Positions 10,844 to 21,005 are shown, numbered from the stretch's first letter. The stretch: DNA of 64,000 nt from an uncultured Planctomycetota bacterium (GCA_963845755.1 CAWJTV010000040.1:64001-128000); one strand, 5' to 3'. The notes: a model not told the origin generated them from the sequence alone. Made by a program: numbers and translations.

Positions 10844-11814
10844 CCGCCTGACCGCCCTGCTGGTGCGGACGAAGACCTTGTCGCGTTGGTAGTCGAAGTA
10901 AGCACAGCGGTTGACGTGGTCGAAGTCCTGGAGTGCGAACTTGGGACGGCACCACTGGTGGCAACGTGACGGGGCGACATCGTCCGCCCACACAACGGCC
11001 GGAGAAGACGAGGTAGATGTCGCCTCTGCACCCCGGATTCGTCCGGCGTCGGCGAGAGCCTTGACGAACTCCGTCACCTGCTTCAGGGCGGTACAGTCCT
11101 CGGCGTTGTAGATATGGAGCTTCTCCTTCCAGACTGCTTTCCGACTTTCCTGCCAGCGCGCCCGCCACACCAGGCTCTGCAAGCCTGAGGCATCTTCGTC
11201 CGACCATGTGCAGCCCAGGTATCGGCCCACGTCCTTGAGTCCGTTGGAGAAGGCGGGAAAGTACACATTGGAGTGGATGGCGGACAGGACGTTCACGGCG
11301 TTGGCGAGCAGGCGGTCCACGAGCTTCGTCCGCTTCACGACCTTCCTCATCCGTTGCAGCAATCTCCTCTCGTAGTTGCCGTAATGAAACAAGACAAAGT
11401 CCTCGCGGCCGTCCAGCAGGTCCAGGAAACCGTCGAATACCTCCACCTCCTGGTCCGGGCCATCCGCCCAGAAGGAGTGCATCTTCTGGCCGGCGCCCTC
11501 GACCACGAGGACGCCCAACAAGTAGGCGAAACGACCATCCTCGACGCCCTCGGCGTCGAAGAACACCTGCACCTGCTTGTATGGGATGTCGGGCGTGCCA
11601 TAGACGTGGACCTTCTTCTCGCGGATGGCCAGTGCCTGCAAGGCAGCGTAGTGGGGATAGCTTGTTCGCTTGACTCGCTTGCCTCTTTTCCGGGGGCGGA
11701 AGGTGCAGGATAGCTGCATCAGGGTGAAGATCTGGCCTGCTCCCCATTTCTTGGTCCAGTGATAATGGGAATCACCTGTTCGTTGATTCAGTAGACGAGG
11801 GATCGGGCGGGTCT

Positions 11815-12670
11815 TCATCGATAGGCACATACCTCACACAAGTGGCCGCGAATTCGGCCGGTGTCTGATATCCCAGGGAACTGTGCGGGCGTTCGGTATT
11901 GTACTCCTCCATCCAGAGCGCCCAACGCCCTGGCCTGCGGTTCGCTCTCGAATTCCTCGCGGTTCAGGAACTCGTCACGGACCTTGCTATGAAACGACTC
12001 CGCATAACCGTTCTGCCAGGGGCTCCCCGGCGCCACGGGCCAGGTCCCGGAGCCGGTGTCCTCCAGCCACGACCGCACCACCTCGGCAACGAACTCCGGC
12101 CCGTTGTCGCTTCGCATCCGGCACGGCGGGCCGCCGCGACCGGCCGCGACTTCGGCCAGGATGACCCGGATGTCCTCGGCCGTCATACCCCGGCGCGGCT
12201 CCAAGGCCAAGCATTCTCGAGTATATTCATCAACAATACTCAGCCATTTGAGACTTCGACCGTCACTGGTACGGTCGAAGATAAAGTCCCATGTCCATAC
12301 GTCGTTTTTCCCGCGCGGGCCGGAGGTGGCAGGCATTCTCGTCCTGCCCATGAGCCCGGCGCGGCTTGGGATTGGCCCGCGGTTGGGCCACTTTCAGCCC
12401 CAGCTCGCGATAGAGTCGACGCACGGCCTTCTTGTTGACCGTCCAGCCCTCGCGATCCAGCAAGGCCCAGATCCGCCGGTAGCCGAACCGCGGTCGGGCC
12501 CCGGCCAGTTCCTCGATGCGTCGAGCCAGCGCCACCTGCTCATCGCGAACGACCGGCGCGTAGCGAAGGCCGGACCGGGCCAGGTCCAGCGCCCGCGACG
12601 CGCGGCGTTGAGATACGTGGAATTCTTCACATAATTCTTTGACGATCATGCGGCGTCTGGGGGCAGTCAT
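11815..12670 (-). pseudogene. IS3 OrfB integrase core (frameshifted)
   Basis: RFGYRRI, VWTWDF, IVDEYTRE, RSDNGPEF, PWQNGYAESF. Frameshift near 12315. Confidence 0.9.
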
Positions 12671-12942
12671 GGCTTTTTTTTCAAGGCCTCCTGGAGCATG
12701 CGGCGGTCCAGCGCCAGCTCGGCGACCAGGAGCTTGAGGCGATCGATTTCGGCTTCGAGTTCTGAAATGTGAAATTGTTCACGCGATATAGGTTCCTCCT
12801 GGAGAGCCTTCCAGCGGTAGTAGGTCGTCGGTCCGATGCCGGCCTTGCGGCAGGCCTGGTGGAGGGTCAAGCCGGCGTCGAGGTCGGCTTGGAAGTCTCG
12901 AAGGATGGATGCAATCTGGTCCGGACTCGGTCGTTTTCGCAT
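12667..12942 (-). CDS. IS3 OrfA
   Basis: HTH (ACRKAGIGPTTYYRWK) and leucine zipper. A8G slippery run at its 3' end. Confidence 0.9.
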   Translation of the reverse strand: MRKRPSPDQIASILRDFQADLDAGLTLHQACRKAGIGPTTYYRWKALQEEPISREQFHISELEAEIDRLKLLVAELALDRRMLQEALKKKP

Positions 12943-13964
12943 GGGTCGCTCCCTGGCTCTGTGCCAGTTGTACGATCCCCATTAAGACTGGACCAGGTTT
13001 TGGGGGGCAGGCCAATCCCTTTGCGGTTGTACCTCTTCAACTCCTTCTCGCCCACGCCCGCGAGCAGGCTGATGTCGTCCGCCTTCTCCGCCTGCGTGCG
13101 GCATCGTTGCCGGAACTCGCAGAGGTGACAATGCTTGTTGAGCGTCAGTTTCGGTAGCTCGCCGCCTGCCCGGAGTTGCTTGACCTCGTCCAACACCTGC
13201 TCCGCCTGCCGGTAGAGCTTCGCGTCCAGGCAGACCTTGCCCAGGCGGCCATCGAGGCCACGGGTGACCAGCCCCACGACGGGCCGCACCCCCTGCACGC
13301 GGGCGAGGATCAGTCCAAGCACGGCAAGCAGCAGTTTCCGGGGCTGGCCGATCTTGTCCCCATGGTTGTGCAGGACAGGCAGGTAGTGGTGTTCGCCTAG
13401 CTTCGAGATCCCGTCCGCCCGTTTGAGGGCGTCGAGGCGGATCGACATGCCGTCGTCCTCAAGTGTGGCGTCCGCCAGCACCGGTGCTCCCTGCTGCAAC
13501 GTTGCGGCCGTGATGGCGTTCCCTCGGTAGGCGTTGCCCCGCCCAAAGCGGGTGACGAGCTGAGCGAGGGACACTTCCCGCGACGCTTGGCTGGCCGCCT
13601 CGGTCATTAGCTCGTAGTCCGACCTGATGCCGGTCTCACCGACGAGCTTCAGGTGCCCCCTGGTCTTGCAGTTCACATACCCTTCCATGATCTCGTTGGT
13701 GATCTTCATGGCTGCGTCCCTCCACGGATGCTCCTCTCCGGCAGGGCGTGACGACGCCCGTCGCCTTCGATCGTGCTGGAGATTGCCTGTTGGCCTGAAA
13801 GATGGCAGCTTCCGGGTGCCGCTGTTTCGTCGGCCGGGCGAATGGATAGTCATTATAGGCCGAGGGCCACCCCCTGACGATGCGGTGGTTGGCGATGGGC
13901 GGACCATGGTTCGTGGCTGGCCAACGACGGAGTCGAGGGTCGGCCTTCCGCAGGATCGCCTCGG

Positions 13965-14047
13965 GTTATGTGGCGTTCGAGGTTGATGTTGCCCGTGTGA
14001 GAGGCGGGGGAGAGGTCGGGCGCAACATAATGAACTCCACAACATAA
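13965..14047. repeat. putative RIT element terminus
   Basis: GTTATGTGGCG (13965) faces CGCAACATAA. CAACATAA is directly repeated at 14023 and 14040 (17-bp period), resembling tyrosine-recombinase binding repeats. Confidence 0.5.
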
Positions 14048-14118
14048 TTGTAATAATATGGTCAGCCACATTACTACAAGGTCATGACGGGCTCGGATCG
14101 CATGCCGGTGCTGATCGA

Positions 14119-14642
14119 TCAGCGGATTTGAGGCGACAGCCGCCGGTCAGCCTGCATCCGGGCCGACGTGCGTAATGAGGGCGCGTCGAAGAGGGCCATC
14201 TCCTCGGGCGTCGGAGCCTGGAAGATGTCGGACCATCGGGACAGCGCATCGTCTTCGATCGGCGGATTCTCCATGCCCCGGCGTTGAATCCGGTCGAAGA
14301 GGAGGTCCAGGGGCGCGGAGAGATAATGCAACTCTACGGAGGCGCCGAGCGCCCGTGCCCCGAGTCGCAAGGCATCGCGCTCAGCCCTTCCCCATGTGCC
14401 CCATTCGATGATCACAGTGAGACCGAGGGTAAGAAGCCGCTGGCCGAATCCCCATTGCAGCGCCTCGATCTTCGCGCGACGCTCTTCGTCATAGAGGTCG
14501 AGCGACAGCGCCTCCAACCAATCGTCGGGGGAGAGCCGGACCGCGGCAGGCTGCCTTCCAGCGCCTTCGCCAGCGTGGTCTTTCCCGAACCCGGCAAGCC
14601 GCAAACGATGATCAGTCTCGGCCCGGCGGCGTTACTTTCCAT
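14119..14642 (-). CDS. AAA_33-type P-loop kinase (frameshift near 14545)
   Basis: LIIVCGLPGSGKTT, then RLSPDDW...VIIEWGTW in the adjacent frame. Confidence 0.8.
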
Positions 14643-14654
14643 GCGCGTGCGGCG

Positions 14655-14945
14655 TCAATTGCCCTCTGCCGCCTCCGCGAACTCGTCGTGCCGGCGGAAC
14701 AGGAAGGCGACGCGTTCGCCGCGCCGTTCGAGCTCGTAGGGATAGAGCGTGTCGAACGGTCCGTCCTTATCGAGGCGGCCGCGCATGACGTGATTCCATT
14801 CGACGAGCGTGGGCATCATCGCGAAGAGCCGATCCTCCTCCTGTCCCGGCATCCGGACGAGGTGGCAGAACCGCTTGATCTCGTCGATCTTCAGCACCAG
14901 GCCGTCATGCGGACCGCGGTAGAATTCGGCGCGTGTGCCCGGCAT
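14655..14945 (-). CDS. hypothetical protein
   Basis: ORF with AAGGA RBS and AEFYRGPHDG motif. Directly upstream of the kinase. Confidence 0.55.
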   Translation of the reverse strand: MPGTRAEFYRGPHDGLVLKIDEIKRFCHLVRMPGQEEDRLFAMMPTLVEWNHVMRGRLDKDGPFDTLYPYELERRGERVAFLFRRHDEFAEAAEGN

Positions 14946-15061
14946 GGGCATTCCTTTCGCATGCAAGGATGGATCTGATCCGTAGCCTGGGTGCCTCCTA
15001 TGCTATTTTACCATCCCGGCACCATCTGGCCAGCCGAACAGATATGGGTTAAGATTGCTGC

Positions 15062-15687
15062 ATGCGTTGCTTCCTGGCCGTCTTCCTGGTCGCGCTCTCC
15101 ATACCCGCCTTTGGGATGACGCCGCGCGCGTCGTCGGCATCTCCGACGGCGACACGATCACGGTCCTCACCGCGGCGAAGAAGCAGGTCAAGGTCCGGCT
15201 CTGGGGGATCGACGCGCCGGAGACCGGGCAGGACTTCGGCAGCCGCGCCAAGCAGGGTGCCGCCAGCCTCGCGTTCGGCAAGCAGGTCACCATCCGCGTC
15301 CGCGATACCGACGGCTACGGTCGCACCGTGGCCGAGGTGATCCTGCCGGACGGCCGCTCGATGAACCGCGAGATGGTCGGGCAAGGGATGGCCTGCTGGT
15401 ACAAGCAATACGCCCCGCGCGACGCCGATCTTGCCCGGCTCGAGGCCGAGGCGAAGGCAGCGAGGATCGGGCTATGGAGCCAGCCGAATCCCGTCCCGCC
15501 ATGGTACTGGTGGCATGGCGAGGGCGTTCCTGAGACGGCGGACGTTAAGGGGAACCGACGAAGCCGTGTCTCTCACAAGCCGAGCTGCCGGGCCGCAGCG
15601 GTAAGGAGCGAGAAGAATAGGGTGACCTTCGCCAGCGAGGCGGACGCGGAGAAGGCCGGGTATCGGAAGGCAGGGGATTGTCGGTAG
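15062..15687 (+). CDS. thermonuclease (SNase) with C-terminal Ada metal-binding-like domain
   Basis: ISDGDT, RLWGIDAPE, DGYGRTVA, GLWS, then GN..S...H...C...AEKAGYR. Signal peptide sits in the adjacent frame (frameshift ~15115). Confidence 0.85.
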
Positions 15688-15711
15688 GACGCGCGATCCC
15701 TGAAATTGAAT

Positions 15712-15786
15712 TGGCGCAGGGGATGGGATTCGAACCCATGTCTCCGGGGTTCTAGCCCGGTGAGTTGACCGCTACTCTACCCCTGC
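15712..15786 (-). tRNA. atypical tRNA, anticodon AGA (nominally Ser) with short variable loop
   Basis: GCAGGGG/CCCCTGC acceptor, G73, CCA; GAGT/ACTC D stem; CCGGG-CTAGAAC-CCCGG anticodon arm; AGAC variable loop; ATGGG-TTCGAAT-CCCAT T arm. Confidence 0.9.
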
Positions 15787-15817
15787 GCCACCATCGTACG
15801 GCAGTTACGAACAGCGG

Positions 15818-15925
15818 TCACGGCTTCTTGGGCGAAGTGGCAGACTTCACCGGAACGGCCTTCGGAGCCGCAGCCTTCTTGGGCTTCTTCTTTTCCTTGG
15901 TCTGCGAATGGTTGCCTTTGCCCAT
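15818..15925 (-). CDS. 35-aa Lys-rich peptide MGKGNHSQTKEKKKPKKAAAPKAVPVKSATSPKKP
   Basis: ATG to TGA ORF with AAGG upstream. Ends 31 nt before the tRNA on the same strand. Absent from the ORF track. Confidence 0.6.
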   Translation of the reverse strand: MGKGNHSQTKEKKKPKKAAAPKAVPVKSATSPKKP

Positions 15926-16059
15926 CGTCGTCGCCTTGATTTGGGGACTAGGTGGATATCACAAGAGTGTCCGTCCGGTGAAGTGCATCTACAAAGCGGC
16001 GTGACTCCCCGCGATGATAGTGCTGTCGGGGCCAGTGGTCCCGTCAGGGAGATCACGCC

Positions 16060-16425
16060 GTGTCTCGAAGCCGAACCATCGATCTACGATGGAATGCCCT
16101 CCTCAACGATTTCCGCAGGAGCGGTCTGACTCAAGCCGAGTTCTGCCGCCTTCGCCAAATCTCGCTTCACTCCTTCCGAAAGCATCTCTACCAGCCCGCC
16201 CCGGCCGATCGCACTCCCAGCGACGATCGTCCTTTCGCCAGTGCCGACCGCCATTTCCTCCCGGTCACTATCCTTCCCGATCCCATCCCGCCGAGCGCCG
16301 CCTCGGGACCCCACCTCGAACTCATCCTCTCCAACGGACGTCGGATCGCCGTCGCCCCCGGATTCGACCCCCTGACCCTCCGCCATCTCATCGCGGTCGT
16401 GGAGGGACGCCCATGTTCGGACTGA
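16060..16425 (+). CDS. tnpA: IS66 accessory protein TnpA
   Basis: W.....F.RSGLTQAEFCR...FLPV...LELILSNG.RI.V..GFD. Confidence 0.85.
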   Translation: MSRSRTIDLRWNALLNDFRRSGLTQAEFCRLRQISLHSFRKHLYQPAPADRTPSDDRPFASADRHFLPVTILPDPIPPSAASGPHLELILSNGRRIAVAPGFDPLTLRHLIAVVEGRPCSD

Positions 16426-16747
16426 GCGCCGCGGTCCGCGTCTATCTCGCCAAACAGCCGGCCGACATGCGCAAGAGCTTTGACGGCCTGGCCGCCCTGG
16501 CATCAGGCAGCCTGGCGCTAGATCCCCTCTCCGGTCATCTCTTCGTCTTCGTCAACAAGCGCCGCGACCGCATCAAGATCCTGTACTGGGATCGCGATGG
16601 CCTGGCCGTCTGGGCCAAGAAGTACGAGTAAGACTGCCCCCATCCTCTCGACTTTACAGGAATCGTCGGACACCCCCATAATCGCGCTGGCCGGCCTGAT
16701 GCGGCTGGCGGAATGGATCGAAGCTCAACACCCCGTGATCCAAGGAG

Positions 16748-16945
16748 GTGCCCCATGTCGCGAGACGCCGGACTCGTTGCTCCCCCCCGCGCACGTCGGT
16801 CGTTCGGCCGTCGGTGCTGGACCAACTCTGGAGCCGACTGACGGACGAGCAGCGTCAACGAACGCTGCTCACCCTCAGCGACATCGTGACTCGACAACTC
16901 GGCGCGCCTCGCACCGCTCAGGAGGTGCGCGATGAAATCTCGTGA
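16748..16945 (+). CDS. small ORF overlapping the recombinase start
   Basis: LWSRLTDEQRQRTLLTLSDIVTRQL...EVRDEIS overlaps the ATG at 16932. Start codon uncertain. Confidence 0.5.
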   Translation: MPHVARRRTRCSPPRTSVVRPSVLDQLWSRLTDEQRQRTLLTLSDIVTRQLGAPRTAQEVRDEIS

Positions 16946-19112
16946 TGCACGGGCCGTCAATCGCACGGACAGATCAATCGACGAGACTCCATCGACCTCC
17001 ACCTTCGGCCAGAGGTCGAGCTCGAAGATTGGCGATCGGCATCTCGATCGACTCGCGATCGTGTACGTGCGGCAGTTGACGCCGCAGCAAGTCCTCGAGA
17101 ACCGCGAGTCTCGCGAACGGCAGTATGCTCTGGCGCAGTTCGCGCAACGGCTCGGTTGGCCCGCAGAGCGGGTGGTGATCATCGACGAGGATCAGGGCCA
17201 CGGCGGCAAGTTGACCGACCATCGCACGGGCTTCCAGCGGTTGATGACGGAAGTGAGCTTGAACCACGTGGGGATCGTGCTGGGGTTGGAGCTTAGCAGG
17301 GTGTCGCGGTCGAATACCGAATGGCATCGTCTTATCGACGTCTGCGGCATCTTTCGCACCCTGCTATGCGATCAAGATGGCGTCTACGATGCCTTGGACA
17401 GTAACGATCGTCTCCTCCTTGGCATGAAAATCGCAATGAGCGAATACGAATTGATTACTATGTACAATCGTTTGCTTCGAGGCAGTCGGAACAAAGCGGA
17501 GCGCGGCGAGCTGTTCCTGGCCGTTCCGCTGGGATACCTCAAGACGGCCACGGGCGAGATCATTCAAGAGCCTGACGAGCAGCGCGTGGAATGATTCAGT
17601 TGGTGTTCGAGAAGTTCGAGGAACTCGGTTCCGCCTACGCGGTCTTCCGTTACCTGGTCGTGAACAACCTGCAACTGGGATTTCGCCGTCATCGCGGTGG
17701 GCGCATTGGGGAGCTGGAGTGGAAGCCAGCCTCTCCCAGTCGAGTCCTGTCGATCTTGCGACACCCCATCTATGCGGGGGCATACGCTTATGGCCTACAT
17801 TGCGCGGGGACGAAGAATCCCACGACGGGTCGAGCCGAAGGCGGCAAGTGGTTCGTGCCGCCCGAGGAGTTGGCCGTGTTCCTGCCGGATCGGCTCCCAG
17901 CGTACATTAGCTGGGATCGCTATCTCGCGAATCAGGAACGCCTCAAACAGAATCGATCGCTCCACGACACGCGGGGCGTGCCCAAACGCGGCGAGGCCTT
18001 GCTGCCCGGCCTGGTCGTCTGTGGGAAATGCGGCCGCCACATGACGACGCGATACAAGGCCGACAAGAAGCCCGGCTATCACTGCGGCGAGTATTGGCGG
18101 CTGGCCCTGGACGAGCCGTGCGGGTGCATCTCGGCAAAGACGCTGGACGACCTGGTCGCGAAGGAAGTGCTCCGCGCGTTGGAGCCCGCTGCGCTGGACC
18201 TGAGCCTACGCGCGATCGAGAACGCCGAGCGAGAGCGCAAGCGCCTCCACGACCATTGGCGTCAGACTCTGGAACGTGCACGCCAGGAGGTCGAGAGGGC
18301 CGAGCGGCAGTATCAGGCCGTGGAGCCCGAGAACCGACTCGTGGCGCGGACACTCGAGCGCGGTGGGAGGACTGCGCTGAAGAAGCAGCGTCAAACGGAG
18401 GAGGATTACCATCGGTTCCTGACGAGACTGCCGGCGACGCTGAACGACGCCGATCGCCAACGGATTCGATCGCTCTCCGAGAGCGTCGCCGCGCTCTGGC
18501 ACGCACCAGGCACGTCGGCGATGGATCGCAAGCAGATCGGTGCGCTGCGCGGTGGAGCGGGTCATTGTCGTGGCCGACAAGGCGACTGAGCTCAACGAGG
18601 TAACGATCGTTTGGCTCGGCGGCATGACAACCCAACAGCAGGTCGCGAGGCCAGTCGGCAGGTATGAGCAATTGAAGGATTTTCGACGCCTCACGGAACG
18701 AATCAAGCAACTCCATCGAGAAGGACTTCACCTGTCGCAGATCGCCGCGCGGCTCAATGCCGAGGGCTTCGTCCCGCCGCGCCGTCGCGGCGTGTTCACG
18801 GCGGGAACGATCGGGGCGTTGGTCCGTGAACTTGGGCTGGTCGGAGAACTGTTCCGCGACGACCTCGTCGGCCAGGACGAGTGGTGGATCCCCGACTTGG
18901 CCGGGAAACTCGGCGTCATCGCCCAGAAGGTCCATTATTGGATCAAGCAGGGTTGGGTCCATTCGCGGCGTACGCCTTCGGGAAAGCATCTGATCGTGTG
19001 GGCCGACAAGGACGAGGTTCGTCGCCTGCGACAACTGGCCAGACGAAAGAACTCCTGGATCGCCGCCCGGCACCCTGAGTTGGTCGTTCCCAAGGACCGT
19101 CCCGACCGGTAG
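16932..19112 (+). pseudogene. large serine recombinase (resolvase, recombinase, Zn-ribbon, coiled coil, HTH), frameshifted
   Basis: AIVYVRQLT, IDEDQG, ELSRVSR, PLGY, HPIYAG, GLVVCGKCG, VEPENRLVARTLE. Frameshifts near 17585, 18365 and 18540. Confidence 0.9.
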
Positions 19113-19428
19113 CAAGAGAGGCCGCCGATTTGTGGCGGCAGTAGCCCAACGTCTCAGGATTTGTGTAACGCCACAAGAACGAGGGTCCTGTGATGCCAGC
19201 ATCAAGAGGCTCGAACGCGGCACCTTCCGCATCCCGGACGCGGCGGCCGATCGCGTCGAGATGACCACCGCCGAACTCGCCGCCCTCCTGGCCGGCATCG
19301 ATCTGGACAAGGCCCGACGGCGCGTCCGCTACTCGCGGCCCGCCACTCCCCTTCGAAATTCGGAGAATAATCTACCGACAGGAGCATAATGCGCCAACAA
19401 TCGAGCACCCGTCAACGTAGTATAGGGT

Positions 19429-21005
19429 ATGATCACCCTCGCGGACCCACTCCCGGACGACCTGGAGGCGGCCCATCAGCTCATCCGTGAGCTGCTCAAG
19501 TCGCTCGCCCAGCAGGTCCATCTCAACGAGAAGCTCCAGCACCAGCTCGAGCAGCTCCTCCGCCAGCGCGTACGGTCCCAAAGGGGAGCGGATCGACCCG
19601 GCCCAGCTCTTGCTCTTCGCCCGGGAGATCCTGGAGCAGGCCGAGGCGGCGCCGACACCCGCCCCGACCCCGGAGCCGGCCCCGGCCCCGACGCCCGCTC
19701 CGAGTGCGGCCCAGAAGAAGGGCCACGGACGCAAGCCGTTGCCGGCGAGCCTGCCCCGAGTGCCGGTCTTGCACGACGTCCCGCCCGAACAACGCACTTG
19801 CCCCGACTGCGGCGCCGAGCGCACCTGCATCGGCCGGGAAGTCCGCGAGCAACTCGAATTCATCCCCGCCCGCCTGGTCATCCTCGAACCCATCCGCCCC
19901 AAGTACGCTTGCCAGGACTGCCAGGCCAACGTCGTGATCGCCGACGTGCTCCCCGAGCCGATCGACAAGGGCCTGCCAGGCCCGGGGCTGCTGGCTTACG
20001 TCGCCGTCAGCAAATATGCCGATCACTTGCCGCTCTATCGCCTCGAGGGAATCCTCGATCGCTCGGGCGTCGAGTTGTCGCGGTTGACGATGTGCGACTG
20101 GATGGCCACGATCGCCGATCTGCTCAAGCCGATCGTCGATCTGATGCTGAAGAAGATCCTCAGCTCCAGGGTCGTCCAGAACGACGACACGACGGTGCCG
20201 GTGCAGGACCACGACGGCAAGGGGATCAAGACCGGCCGGCTCTGGGTCTCCGTCGGCGACCGCGGCCATCCTTACGTGGTCTATCGCTACACGCCGGACC
20301 GCAGCGCCACCGGGCCCCGGGAGATCTTCAAGGACTTCCAGGGTTATCTCCAGGCCGACGCCTATTCGGCCTACGACGGCCTGTACAAGTCGGGCGAGAT
20401 TATCGAGGTCGGCTGCATGATGCACGCGCGACGGAAGTTCTACGAGGCGCGGACCGTTCGACCCGCAACGGTCCCATCAGGCGCTGGCATGGATCAGCCT
20501 GCTCTACGACGTCGAACGCGACGCCAAGAAGCGCGAGACCGCGGACTACGAGGCCTTCGTCGCGTTCCGGCACGAACTGCGAAACGAGCGATCGCGTTCG
20601 ATCTTCGACAAGTTTCACGCCTGGCTGGAAGCCGAGCAGCCCAAGGTTCTGCCCAAGAGTCCGATCGGCGAAGCGATCCAGTATGCCTTGAACCATTGGG
20701 AGGCCCTGAAGCGTCCGTTGGAGGCCGGGTTCCTCGAACTGGACAACGGTGCGTGCGCGTGCGCGTTCAAGCCCGTGGCGCTGGGACGGAAGAACTGGTT
20801 ATTCGCGGGGAGCGACCAGGGAGGCCAGACGGCGGCCGTGTTGATGAGCTTGTGCACGACCTGCAAGAATCTGGGGATCGACCCCCAGGCTTACCTCCGC
20901 GATGGGCTCGATCGGATCAGCACGCACCCGGCGAAGCGGATCGACGAACTGCTGCCGGACCGCTGGCAGGAGTTGCACCAGGCCGGCGCCGACGGGACTG
21001 AGTGA
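19429..21005 (+). pseudogene. tnpC: IS66 transposase TnpC (frameshifted)
   Basis: KKGHGRKPLP, CPDCG, KYADHLPLYR, NDDT, LQADAY, LELDNG, GRKNWLFAGS, IDPQAYL, LLPDRW. Confidence 0.92.

Larger units (their letters stand above)
11733..13014 (-). mobile_element. IS3 family insertion sequence
   Basis: 28-bp imperfect IRs TGGCCTGC(T/C)CCCCA....TGGTCCAGT. 3-bp TSD ATC at 11730-11732 and 13015-13017. Confidence 0.95.
8193..13709 (-). pseudogene. TM0106/RecB-Cas4-like + RNase H-like exonuclease + IS66 DDE transposase fusion, split by IS3 and ISAs1
   Basis: Segments 13709-13015, 11729-10844 and 9545-8193 join in frame (KGI|FTLM; AVRR|ACLS) to 2934 nt = 978 codons, with one in-frame TAA at 8727-8729. 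Confidence 0.85.
16621..19207 (+). mobile_element. 2.6-kb large serine recombinase integrative element
   Basis: Bounded by a repeated CAAGA core (16616-16620, 19203-19207). Excision restores the tnpB frame. Confidence 0.88.
16413..19389 (+). pseudogene. tnpB: IS66 accessory protein TnpB, split (16413-16620 and 19208-19389)
   Basis: DMRKSFDGL...FVFVNKRRDRIKILYWDRDGLAVWAK|RLERGTF...ELAALLAGIDL. Confidence 0.92.

Noticed and set aside
9578..11830. 750-aa ORF in the track
   Set aside because: Chimeric: the middle of the fusion gene reads through into the antisense strand of ISAs1.
19645..19710. Tandem GC-rich repeats
   Set aside because: They encode the Pro/Ala/Thr linker of IS66 TnpC.
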